Both the position numbers and the translations under genes were made by a program. DNA of 56,686 nucleotides from IMG/VR virus record IMGVR_UViG_3300031578_000043. One strand, written 5' to 3'. The notes below the pieces were generated by a model. The model was not told where the DNA came from. It saw only the letters and a program-made list of their open reading frames with translations, and did not search any database. Shown piece by piece: positions 23,595 to 31,015 of this stretch; within the stretch, counting starts at the first letter, position 1; each line of letters begins with the position of its first letter. The stretch comes from a virus.

Positions 23595-23945
23595 CTAGTG
23601 GCCGAAAACATAAACATTCCGCGCTGCCATACCCGATTCGATTACCACGGCGGCGGCGGTCAGTTTCGGGTTATCTACCCAGGTAATGATCTTGTACGCG
23701 GCTATGCCGGCCATCACCGAACAGACAATAATCCCGGCGTGCGGGCCGAACGGTAGAGCCTTGGCGCACCCTGCCACCAGCGGGTTAAGCTCCGTCCTGG
23801 TGGTGAATAGCTGAGTCGCGGTGGTCGTTGCCACATCAGCCCCGATTGCGCGCTTTAGGTTCTTGTGTGTCCCGATCTGTTCCATGGTCGGCATTGAAGT
23901 ACATCCGACAAGTGCGGCGATTGCGAAAATTGCGATGCGTTTCAT
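23595..23945 (-). CDS. Lipoprotein, paralog of the junction-spanning lipoprotein
   Basis: MKRIAIFAIAALVGC lipobox. Shares DVATTT, IAAY, W-D-P and AARN-Y motifs with ORF 56609..321. Confidence 0.65.
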   Translation of the reverse strand: MKRIAIFAIAALVGCTSMPTMEQIGTHKNLKRAIGADVATTTATQLFTTRTELNPLVAGCAKALPFGPHAGIIVCSVMAGIAAYKIITWVDNPKLTAAAVVIESGMAARNVYVFGH

Positions 23946-23951
23946 GGTAAA

Positions 23952-24680
23952 TTACTCCTTGGGTTTTACTACCATTAAGGCAAGTGCCATTGCTGCGCGG
24001 TACTGTTTTTCGTAGGCGCTTGATTTGTGCGTTTTGGTAACAGCGGCAGACAATTCCGATTCAGAACCCGAAAAGCATCCGGTCGTGAACCGTATGCCGA
24101 TTTTCGCGTCAGCGTGAACCGTCAGTTGATCCTTACGCGAACCGATAGGGCCGACAAAGAAAAAGTCGGCATCGCCGGACACCCGCGCATTGCCGGACAC
24201 CTGCGCACCGCCGGACACCCACGCATTGCCGGACACCTGCGCAGTGCCGGACACCTGCGCACCGCCGGACACCCACGCATTGCCGGACACCCACGCACCG
24301 CCGGACACCCACGCATTGCCGGACACCTGCGCATTGCCGGACACCCACGCATTGCCGGACACCCACGCATCGCCGGACACCTGCGCATCGCCGGACACCC
24401 GCGCATTGCCGGACACCTGCGCATTGCCGGACACCCACGCATTGCCGGACACCCGCGCACCGCCGGACACCCACGCATTGCCGGACACCCACGCATCGCC
24501 GGACACCCACGCATTGCCGGACACCCACGCATCGCCGGACACCCGCGAAAGATTCTTGTCGCTCTCGATCCATCCGCCAAGTTCTCCTTTTGCGATAAGA
24601 CCGAACGAAACGAGCGCGCGAATGCGTTTTAACGTAACTCCGCAAAATACTTTTGTGTCTCCGGTAAATTCATATTTCAT
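23952..24680 (-). CDS. Hexapeptide-repeat (predicted left-handed beta-helix) protein
   Basis: N-terminal domain MKYEFTGDTKVFCGVTLKRIRAL...GGWIESDKNLS, then 21 consecutive VSG(N/D/G)A(W/Q/R) hexapeptides, then a unique C-terminal domain. GGAG RBS. Confidence 0.7.
   Translation of the reverse strand: MKYEFTGDTKVFCGVTLKRIRALVSFGLIAKGELGGWIESDKNLSRVSGDAWVSGNAWVSGDAWVSGNAWVSGGARVSGNAWVSGNAQVSGNARVSGDAQVSGDAWVSGNAWVSGNAQVSGNAWVSGGAWVSGNAWVSGGAQVSGTAQVSGNAWVSGGAQVSGNARVSGDADFFFVGPIGSRKDQLTVHADAKIGIRFTTGCFSGSESELSAAVTKTHKSSAYEKQYRAAMALALMVVKPKE
24165..24542. repeat. Tandem 18-bp periodic DNA repeat (21 units) encoding the hexapeptide array
   Basis: Units such as gccggacacccacgcatt repeat head to tail. 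The ORF track lists long open frames over this array in five of the six frames. Confidence 0.9.
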
Positions 24681-24698
24681 AGCATTGTTCTCCTGTGG

Positions 24699-24821
24699 TT
24701 ATTGGTTCAGCCAAATAGCCAAACCGATATAAAAAGCCGCTTGCGGCCAGCGTTTCCAAGCGGCTGAGGCAAGGGCGGCGACTAGGGCGAAAAGGGATAG
24801 AACGTAGCAAATTGTTTTCAC
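24699..24821 (-). CDS. Possible 40-aa membrane peptide
   Basis: GTG start in a GTGA overlap with the upstream stop. VKTICYVLSLFALVAALASAAWKRWPQAAFYIGLAIWLNQ. Confidence 0.35.
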   Translation of the reverse strand: MKTICYVLSLFALVAALASAAWKRWPQAAFYIGLAIWLNQ

Positions 24822-25024
24822 AGTAGCGCCTCCTGTTTCGGTGCTGGCGCGTTGTGCTTGTCCCAGGCGGCGAGGGCGGCGCTGGCGTCGGCGTATGCGT
24901 TCGCGGCGGCTGAGTGCGGGCGCGGTTTCTGTTCCGGCGTCATCGCATTAAGCCGGATTTCGTGCATACATACCATTTCGCGCAATGCCTCGGCAAGTTG
25001 TGCGGCGTGGTCGTGGGTTTTCAT
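24818..25024 (-). CDS. Hypothetical protein
   Basis: 68-aa ORF, ATGA-coupled upstream. Confidence 0.45.
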   Translation of the reverse strand: MKTHDHAAQLAEALREMVCMHEIRLNAMTPEQKPRPHSAAANAYADASAALAAWDKHNAPAPKQEALL

Positions 25025-25284
25025 GATGTTTCGCTGATACTGTGATTAATTCCGGGTGCACCGTAAGCCCGCTGCATGTCCTCCGGCGCCTCGCGTCCGC
25101 TGATCCAGCCCGCACATTTTGGACAGAGGCCGTAGCCTTCGTCTCGATTCCACCATTGCCGCCCTCGCGTGGTCGAGCCGCAGCAACAGCATTCGAGCCG
25201 ACGAATCGGTTTTTGCAGTTCTGCGACCTGTGCGTTTATGCTTCGAGCAGTCGTGCGTTGTTCTTCTAGCTCGGCCGCGTTCAT
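25021..25284 (-). CDS. Hypothetical zinc-ribbon protein
   Basis: LECCCCGSTTRGRQWWNRDEGYGLCPKCAGW. ATGA-coupled at 25281-25284. Confidence 0.5.
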   Translation of the reverse strand: MNAAELEEQRTTARSINAQVAELQKPIRRLECCCCGSTTRGRQWWNRDEGYGLCPKCAGWISGREAPEDMQRAYGAPGINHSISETS

Positions 25285-25709
25285 GCTACCGCCCTGCACG
25301 CGGTAATGATGTCGTCGTGCTTCATGTGGATGCTGTCCTGCATCTCAAAGTGCCGCTCGCCGATGCGGCAGAATATCGCCGTGATATTGCCGCTGGTGCG
25401 CTCGGACAGCTTGAATGTTTCCTCTTCCGTTCCGATGCCGCGCCAAGCAACCGGAGGCAGGACTTCGAGCATTTCCATGTAGCGATCGGCAGTTATTTCG
25501 ACCGGCGGTGATTTCCACGATTCGTCCGACGCCGCAGATACAGGGCCAAGCTCGCCAAGTTGTACGCCAGGATAGCGCAGGGCGATCTGTGGTAGTGTTT
25601 CGCCTGAGTAACCGCCTACCTGCTCACCGTTGCGCATTACCGCGAGGTCGATGATGCCGGGGCGACCGGGAACGTAGAAAACTGGTGTGTTGTCGTCAAG
25701 TATGTTCAT
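25281..25709 (-). CDS. Hypothetical protein
   Basis: 142-aa ORF in the leftward accessory operon. Confidence 0.55.
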   Translation of the reverse strand: MNILDDNTPVFYVPGRPGIIDLAVMRNGEQVGGYSGETLPQIALRYPGVQLGELGPVSAASDESWKSPPVEITADRYMEMLEVLPPVAWRGIGTEEETFKLSERTSGNITAIFCRIGERHFEMQDSIHMKHDDIITACRAVA

Positions 25710-25731
25710 GGTGTGGGCCTCTTGCGTTGGG

Positions 25732-25881
25732 TTAGATTCGGATTACAATGTAAGTAGTGCCTGCTGCTGTGGTCTGGGCGTGGTGCGGCAAGTAACGGTT
25801 AGCGGCGCACCAAACGCTGAGGTTGCCGGCCTCGATTGTGGCGATATGCCTCCGGGTGTTGTAGTCGTATAGTTTGAGCAT
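25732..25881 (-). CDS. Possible 49-aa protein (below track cutoff)
   Basis: Hand-translated MLKLYDYNTRRHIATIEAGNLSVWCAANRYLPHHAQTTAAGTTYIVIRI. Starts 2 nt after the upstream stop. Confidence 0.35.
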   Translation of the reverse strand: MLKLYDYNTRRHIATIEAGNLSVWCAANRYLPHHAQTTAAGTTYIVIRI

Positions 25882-25883
25882 GG

Positions 25884-26096
25884 CTAGACGGCGAAGGCAA
25901 GATACTCGCGGGTATCGATGTGTTTGAACAAGTCATGGCCGTCTTGGGTGCCCATGTACATGTAGTTACCGGCATAGCGGCTGTTTTGCTTGTCGGGGCT
26001 CATGCGGCCGGTATTGATCGCATCCTCGAAGGCTTCGACCGGATCGCGGAAACCGAGCGCGTAGGCTTTGCGGATGGGCAGATGGTCTTGGGTCAT
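25884..26096 (-). CDS. Hypothetical protein, first gene of the leftward accessory operon
   Basis: Start at ATG 26096 with AAGGA RBS. 70 aa (MTQDHLPIRKAY...). Confidence 0.5.
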   Translation of the reverse strand: MTQDHLPIRKAYALGFRDPVEAFEDAINTGRMSPDKQNSRYAGNYMYMGTQDGHDLFKHIDTREYLAFAV

Positions 26097-26188
26097 GATT
26101 CGTCCTTTCGTGGTGGTGGGTGGATGTTGACCAGATACATGCAATTCCGGTGCCAGCTTTTGAAAATAATTTATCCTTATAAATCAGT

Positions 26189-26243
26189 GCGTCATTTTCT
26201 TGACAGATCACAATCGCGTCACTAAGTACTTCAATTTGCGTCA
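26189..26243. promoter_or_regulatory. Three direct copies of GCGTCA preceded by AAT (candidate operator sites)
   Basis: GCGTCA at 26189, 26216 and 26238 (aatcagtGCGTCA, aatcGCGTCA, aatttGCGTCA). A fourth, GCGTCT at 26267, abuts a -10 box. Confidence 0.4.
26200..26228 (+). promoter_or_regulatory. Candidate rightward promoter P1
   Basis: TTGACA-N17-TAAGTA. Confidence 0.35.
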
Positions 26244-26249
26244 CATTCC

Positions 26250-26277
26250 TTGAATCTTTACGCCTAGCGTCTATAAT
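26250..26277 (+). promoter_or_regulatory. Candidate rightward promoter P2
   Basis: TTGAAT-N16-TATAAT. Confidence 0.5.
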
Positions 26278-26624
26278 GTAAGTGTCGTCTCCTCGATTGC
26301 ATCAAATCGGGGTCGTTTCGGCGCCTCGGATGGTTCAAGCTGCAGGCGACAAGATCGCGGGAAGTGGCCAGATCAAGCGGGCGTCTCCTCGATCAAGCGG
26401 TATGCGTTCATGGTGCGCCGAAAGCCCGGTTAGCCTTCCTGCCTCGCTCCTCCTTTCCCCTATGTACCATTAAGCCTTCAATCGGTCAGTCTGTACGGTC
26501 TCGACCTCCACCAGCACCAGCGCAAAGCAAACAGGCGGCGGGCGTTCTGGCGGTCGGTCAATCAGCCCATACCAGACAGGCAGGGGCGAGGAAATATCTG
26601 GAGGCGATGATCCCCCCTCTCCCG

Positions 26625-26688
26625 AATTGTCATCCAAGCGACAATGGTTAAAGTAAAGTCTCACCCAATGTCATCCGGGCGACAATTG
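26625..26688 (+). repeat. Two copies of a 23-bp hairpin-forming element
   Basis: aATTGTCatccaagcGACAATgg (26625..26647) and cAATGTCatccgggcGACAATtg (26666..26688). 6-bp arms, 8-nt loop with conserved ATCC..GC. Confidence 0.7.
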
Positions 26689-27025
26689 CCTCGGCCAGCG
26701 TTCGCGGCGTTCTGGTTGGCGTCGATCGGGCTCGGGCGCTCGGGCGGTTTATTGCATTGCATCAATGTGATATGGGCCGGATGGTGTACATATATGTGAT
26801 TATGTTAAATGAGTTATTGCGAACTGTTCTCGGCGGTGGTGCGGTGCGGCAGGGGCGCCCAGGCGCTGCAGGCTGGGTTCCCCGATCAAGCTCGGGGCGC
26901 TCGGCGTCCAGGCCTGCACGGATTCGCGGCGCTCGGCCGGTGGCGACGGGTCGCGGTCGGCGGCATTTGCGGTCCCCCTTTCTCCATTGCCCCAAAAAAA
27001 ATCCTGTGATTTCCCCATTCAACCC

Positions 27026-27053
27026 TTGACTTCGTAAGACTAACGGTTAGACT
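27026..27053 (+). promoter_or_regulatory. Candidate promoter placing the transcription start at or next to the C5-MTase ATG (leaderless candidate)
   Basis: TTGACT-N16-TAGACT ends 6 nt before ATG 27060, and no Shine-Dalgarno sequence is visible. Confidence 0.35.
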
Positions 27054-27059
27054 AACAGC

Positions 27060-27758
27060 ATGAGACCTCTGGCAATAGACCTCTACTGCGGCCTTGGCGG
27101 CTGGACCGACGGCTTGCTGGCCGAGGGCTACGATGTGGTCGGCTTCGACATTGAACGGCACGACTACGGAACCGGCGGATACCCGGCGCAGCTCGTCCTG
27201 CAAGACGCCCTGACGCTGCACGGTAGGCAGTTCAAGGATGCCGCACTGATCGTCGCCAGCCCTCCCTGCCAGGAATACAGCTACATGGCGATGCCGTGGT
27301 CGAAGGCGAAGGCCAAAGAGAGAGACTTGCTTGAAGGCCGCGACGATCCGAAGCGCCTGACCGCCCTGTTCGATGCCTGCTTCCGCATACAGCGCGAGGC
27401 CATCGAAGCCGCCGGCCACTTCATCCCACTGGTAGTCGAGAACGTGCGCGGGGCGCAGAAGTGGGTCGGGCGCAGCAAAGCTAATGCTGGCCCGTATCAC
27501 CTGTGGGGAGATATTCCGGCCTTGTTGCCTTCGATGGAAGCCGCGAAACAGCCGGGTCATTGGTTCAAGGATTCAGGAACGGCGAGTGGGAGCGCCAGGT
27601 TCGGCTCCAAGAGCAAGGAACGCAAGGCGTGGTCTGCCGCCATAGCCAAGATACCGCTGCCGCTGGCGCGATATATAGCAAAGGTATATTATCCATTGCA
27701 TGAAACCAAACATAATCAAGCCAGGCGACAAGTTCAACAGGTGGACGGTAATCCGTGA
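27060..27758 (+). CDS. DNA (cytosine-5) methyltransferase, short phage type
   Basis: Motif I IDLYCGLGG, motif IV ASPPCQEYS, motif VI LVVENV. The 3' end overlaps the next ORF by 59 nt. Confidence 0.8.
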   Translation: MRPLAIDLYCGLGGWTDGLLAEGYDVVGFDIERHDYGTGGYPAQLVLQDALTLHGRQFKDAALIVASPPCQEYSYMAMPWSKAKAKERDLLEGRDDPKRLTALFDACFRIQREAIEAAGHFIPLVVENVRGAQKWVGRSKANAGPYHLWGDIPALLPSMEAAKQPGHWFKDSGTASGSARFGSKSKERKAWSAAIAKIPLPLARYIAKVYYPLHETKHNQARRQVQQVDGNP

Positions 27759-28296
27759 AGAAGAACAGCGTTGTGCTCATCGAATGTTCTTGTGTAGATG
27801 CGTTTGTGGCACAAAAAAGACGGTCACTCTCCAATCTATTAAACGAGGAATCAGCAAATCGTGCGGGTGCCTACTTAAAGAGACAAACACGAAACATGGA
27901 ATGTGGAAGTCGCCGGAATACCATACGTGGGCGAAGATCAAGCAGCGGTGTCACAACCCAAAAGATAACTCTTGGCATAATTACGGACGCCGAGGAATCA
28001 AGGTATGCAAGGAATGGCGGAAATCGTTCGAGGTTTTCTATGCTTACGTCGGAAACAGGCCGTCATCGAAGCACTCTCTTGATCGCTATCCGAACAATGA
28101 TGGAAACTACGAGCCTGGAAATGTACGCTGGGCAACTGCATCAGAACAACGCATGAACAAGCGGCCAAATGCAGCGGAACGCATCTTGTTGTTGCTCGCT
28201 GGATCAGGGGCGCAAGAGGTTATAAAAATGATAGCTCGGCATGAGTCTGATGAGGCTGTGGCCCGTCATATCGCGCGGTATTGGGCGCCGCAATAG
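27700..28296 (+). CDS. AP2/HNH-associated homing-endonuclease-like protein
   Basis: FNRWTVI...CRCVCGTKKTV...SCGC, then YHTWAKIKQRCHNPKDNSWHNYGRRGIKVCKEW...SLDRYPNNDGNYEPGNVRWAT, the common phage AP2-type DNA-binding pattern. Confidence 0.65.
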   Translation: MKPNIIKPGDKFNRWTVIREEEQRCAHRMFLCRCVCGTKKTVTLQSIKRGISKSCGCLLKETNTKHGMWKSPEYHTWAKIKQRCHNPKDNSWHNYGRRGIKVCKEWRKSFEVFYAYVGNRPSSKHSLDRYPNNDGNYEPGNVRWATASEQRMNKRPNAAERILLLLAGSGAQEVIKMIARHESDEAVARHIARYWAPQ

Positions 28297-28297
28297 C

Positions 28298-28696
28298 ATG
28301 GAACGACCATTTTGCCCGCTGTGTAAGACTAACCACTTTGCGCGGGAGGATCACGACTTCGGGAAGGACACCAGTGCCGAGAGAGGCGAAGCGCCTCGAG
28401 GCGGGGAACGCAGGCCGGGACGCAGCGGCGATTGTTCGAGTTCTCGTTTAACTGCGCAGGCCGGTGGAACGCCGGTCAAGGATACATCGAGGGAAGGGCA
28501 CCGCGTTCTGAAGGCAGAGGGCGTAAGCTCCGACGCTACGCGGACAGCAGCTACGGCGAAGGCCCGACCCGCCTCACGACCCCGCAAGCCTTGGGGCGAC
28601 GGCACCGCGGCTAAGCCGGAAACCGCGCCGAAGTTTGACCGTACTGCGTATCAGCGCGAGTACATGAGGGAATACCGGAAGCGGAAAAAGTCGTAA
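28298..28696 (+). CDS. Hypothetical protein (N-terminal CPLC, basic C-terminus)
   Basis: 132 aa from ATG 28298. C-terminal FDRTAYQREYMREYRKRKK. Confidence 0.5.
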   Translation: MERPFCPLCKTNHFAREDHDFGKDTSAERGEAPRGGERRPGRSGDCSSSRLTAQAGGTPVKDTSREGHRVLKAEGVSSDATRTAATAKARPASRPRKPWGDGTAAKPETAPKFDRTAYQREYMREYRKRKKS

Positions 28697-28726
28697 GGGT
28701 GCAATCGTTGCACCCTTTGGTGGTTT
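28696..28726 (+). terminator. Rho-independent terminator
   Basis: AGGGTGCAA-tcg-TTGCACCCT followed by ttggtggttt. Confidence 0.75.
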
Positions 28727-28744
28727 AATCACATTGGAGGAATC

Positions 28745-29203
28745 ATGGTTGAAAATGCGGAAAAAGTAGTTGAAGTGGCGGGTGAGCATTTCGGCGTTCG
28801 CACCGGAGTCGAAAAGCCGGTGAAAATGCCCGAGGGCAAGAAGCCGATCGAACTTCCCGACAGCCCGTTCGAGGGCTTTCGCTGCGGGGCGAATCTGGAT
28901 CTTCGCGTCCGTTTGGCGATGGACATGCTCACGCATAGCCCGATGTTCGCGCCGGGGAAAGACTCAGCGGGAACGCCGGAAGAAGCGGCGTTGTTCGCCC
29001 TGGACGCGGCGACGTACCTGTTCGATACCGCCCATGAGCGCGGCTTAATCAAGCCCTTCGGGACTGTCAAGGACGACGTTCATCTGATGGCCCACATCGA
29101 CCGGCAGATCGAGTTTCAAATAACGTCGCAGAAACGAAGCGTCACGGCGACAGAGGACGCAAACCGCATCAAGACGGCGGTTCGCGGGGCGTTCAACCAA
29201 TGA
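28745..29203 (+). CDS. Hypothetical protein
   Basis: 152 aa, GGAGGA RBS. Confidence 0.55.
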   Translation: MVENAEKVVEVAGEHFGVRTGVEKPVKMPEGKKPIELPDSPFEGFRCGANLDLRVRLAMDMLTHSPMFAPGKDSAGTPEEAALFALDAATYLFDTAHERGLIKPFGTVKDDVHLMAHIDRQIEFQITSQKRSVTATEDANRIKTAVRGAFNQ

Positions 29204-29403
29204 GCGAAGAACTTACGCCGTGGTTCCCGCCAGAGATCAAGCCTGTACATGTTGGGATGTACGAATGTGAACTTTGTGCACGTCGCCTCCCTCCTGACAA
29301 TCTCCATTACTGGAACGGCAAAGAATGGCGCTGCAGCAGAAGCGATATTCTAGGCGATTCGCTGCGTGAGTTTACGTGGCGCAGACTAGCGAGGAAACCA
29401 TGA
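29200..29403 (+). CDS. Hypothetical protein
   Basis: 67 aa, ATGA-coupled. Confidence 0.45.
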   Translation: MSEELTPWFPPEIKPVHVGMYECELCARRLPPDNLHYWNGKEWRCSRSDILGDSLREFTWRRLARKP

Positions 29404-29558
29404 AACCCGAAATCGACGAAGCGCGTATGCTCTGCGCCGCAATCGCCATGCACGGCCTTCTCGCCAGCCCGATTGATTTCAAGAAAGACGAAATCGTTTC
29501 TGAGGCTGTAGAGTTGGCCGACAAGCTCATCAAGCGGCTGGAGGAGACGACGAAATGA
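29400..29558 (+). CDS. Hypothetical protein
   Basis: 52 aa from ATG 29400, ATGA-coupled on both sides. Confidence 0.4.
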   Translation: MKPEIDEARMLCAAIAMHGLLASPIDFKKDEIVSEAVELADKLIKRLEETTK

Positions 29559-29839
29559 GCGACAGGCCGATTCAGAAAGGTGATTTGGTGATGGTGGTGA
29601 AACCGTCCTTTTGCTGTGGGACGGAAGATTTTATTTCGCGTATTTTCACCGTCGCCTATGTCGTCATGGGCGCGAAAGGAATGTGTCGCCATTGCGGAGA
29701 CATTTCGTTCAACGACACAGCCGCTACCGGAGAAATAACGAGCGTCGGTCCCGAAGGCTGTGATATTCGCCGCCTCAAGCGTCTCGACCCCGGCAATCTC
29801 TCCGAAGAAATCCCAACAAAAGAGGAACTGACAGCATGA
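29555..29839 (+). CDS. Hypothetical protein
   Basis: 94 aa, ATGA-coupled. Confidence 0.5.
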   Translation: MSDRPIQKGDLVMVVKPSFCCGTEDFISRIFTVAYVVMGAKGMCRHCGDISFNDTAATGEITSVGPEGCDIRRLKRLDPGNLSEEIPTKEELTA

Positions 29840-30159
29840 TCCTGAAAATCGGAATCCCCGACTACCCCTTTACCTGCCTTCACGAAATCGCCGGGGCAAG
29901 TCTAAAAGGGCGAAAGGTGGGCAAGGACGTTCCCGTGACGCTCATCACGCACGACGACATGAAAGCGGCGCACGAAAAATGGCCCAACATGCGCGGCTGC
30001 CCAACCAAAGTTTCGTTCGACCAGAAAAAGCAACGCATCTGGCTTCACCCGAACCCGGACGGAGAGTACGAGTTGATCGTTGACCGGGGCGAGCCGAAGC
30101 GGGAAATCGTCGGGACGATCACGAAGGCGGTGCTGAAGGGGCATTCAAATGCCGGGTGA
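29836..30159 (+). CDS. Hypothetical protein
   Basis: 107 aa, ATGA-coupled. Confidence 0.5.
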   Translation: MILKIGIPDYPFTCLHEIAGASLKGRKVGKDVPVTLITHDDMKAAHEKWPNMRGCPTKVSFDQKKQRIWLHPNPDGEYELIVDRGEPKREIVGTITKAVLKGHSNAG

Positions 30160-30343
30160 GGTCAGCAGGCAGAGCAAGGGGCCGGGGCCGGAATCGCCCT
30201 ACGTCCCGTCATGGTGCTACGACAATAACTTGCCTCCGATGTGTTCCTGTGGACACCATCACGGCTACCACAACGACGCAGGCGAATGCAACCAGAGGCA
30301 CAAATGCAAATGCGCAGGATATGACGGCGAACCGGCAGAATGA
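30149..30343 (+). CDS. Hypothetical Cys/His-rich protein
   Basis: 64 aa, CSCGHHHGYH...CNQRHKCKC. Confidence 0.45.
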   Translation: MPGEVSRQSKGPGPESPYVPSWCYDNNLPPMCSCGHHHGYHNDAGECNQRHKCKCAGYDGEPAE

Positions 30344-30513
30344 CTCTCGATGAGCGCATAGCCAAGGAGCGCAAGGCCGTAGCGTTTCACCAGCGGGCCA
30401 TAGAGCGCGGTCGTATGCCTGCGCGTAAGCTCGTTCGCCACGGCAGGGAACGACGCGCTGCGCTGGCTATCCTCGCCGTTTTGGAGAAGGTCAAACAGCT
30501 TCCGGGGATGTGA
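30340..30513 (+). CDS. Possible 57-aa protein (below track cutoff)
   Basis: ATGA overlap upstream and TGATG overlap downstream. MTLDERIAKERKAVAFHQRAIERG... Confidence 0.4.
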   Translation: MTLDERIAKERKAVAFHQRAIERGRMPARKLVRHGRERRAALAILAVLEKVKQLPGM

Positions 30514-30731
30514 TGGCCGAACTTGTCTTGCTTAAAACGCCCGGTGTTCTTCAAGCCGAAAGCGTCAACAAGTGCTTGGACGAAGCGCGGGACAAATCCT
30601 TTCAGTCAATCCTGATTATTGGGGTAATGGCCGACGGAACCTTCTGCACGTCGTCGTCACAACTCAAGGGAAAGCTCCAACTGATCGGCGCTCTTGAGTG
30701 CATCAAGCACGACATTCTCGATCTCGAATGA
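30513..30731 (+). CDS. Hypothetical protein
   Basis: 72 aa. Confidence 0.45.
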   Translation: MAELVLLKTPGVLQAESVNKCLDEARDKSFQSILIIGVMADGTFCTSSSQLKGKLQLIGALECIKHDILDLE

Positions 30732-31015
30732 CGTATAGAGGCGTTTCCGGCAACAACAAAAAGCTCGGCATCAAGCCCACTGACGAAGATCGGGCGTTCG
30801 TCCATACTCTTGCTCGAATGAAACTCGGCGTCAGAAGAATCGCGGTGCTGATGGGCGAGCGGTATGGGTTGGGAAAGTCGATGAGCCGCATGGCGCTCTA
30901 TTACCATCATCGGGAAGACCTGAAAGTATCCGAGAACGAAAAGAAACGGTTTAAACTTCGTTTGGAGAAGGGCGTCATCGAAGCGATCGAGAGAGTGATT
31001 AAATATGGCTCGTAA
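30728..31015 (+). CDS. Putative small terminase subunit / HTH protein
   Basis: 95 aa, HTH-like VRRIAVLMGERYGLGKSMSRMALY. Overlaps the terL start. Confidence 0.4.
   Translation: MTYRGVSGNNKKLGIKPTDEDRAFVHTLARMKLGVRRIAVLMGERYGLGKSMSRMALYYHHREDLKVSENEKKRFKLRLEKGVIEAIERVIKYGS

Noticed and set aside
24165-24542. A regular short-period repeat array that could be mistaken for a CRISPR array
   Set aside because: The units are contiguous 18-bp repeats with no spacers, and they encode an in-frame hexapeptide array inside a gene with unique termini and an RBS. No cas genes are present.
26320-26350. A possible tRNA T-arm (ggttcaagc)
   Set aside because: The flanking bases do not form the T-stem or an acceptor stem. 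I found no cloverleaf by eye anywhere in the window, and a tRNAscan-type search would be needed to be certain.
26282-27029. Short ORFs of 63-95 aa on both strands in the 0.8-kb gap
   Set aside because: None has an RBS or plausible composition, and several overlap each other. The region is treated as non-coding.
26886-27560. A 224-aa minus-strand ORF
   Set aside because: It is antisense to the C5 methyltransferase, whose motifs I, IV and VI are clear on the plus strand.
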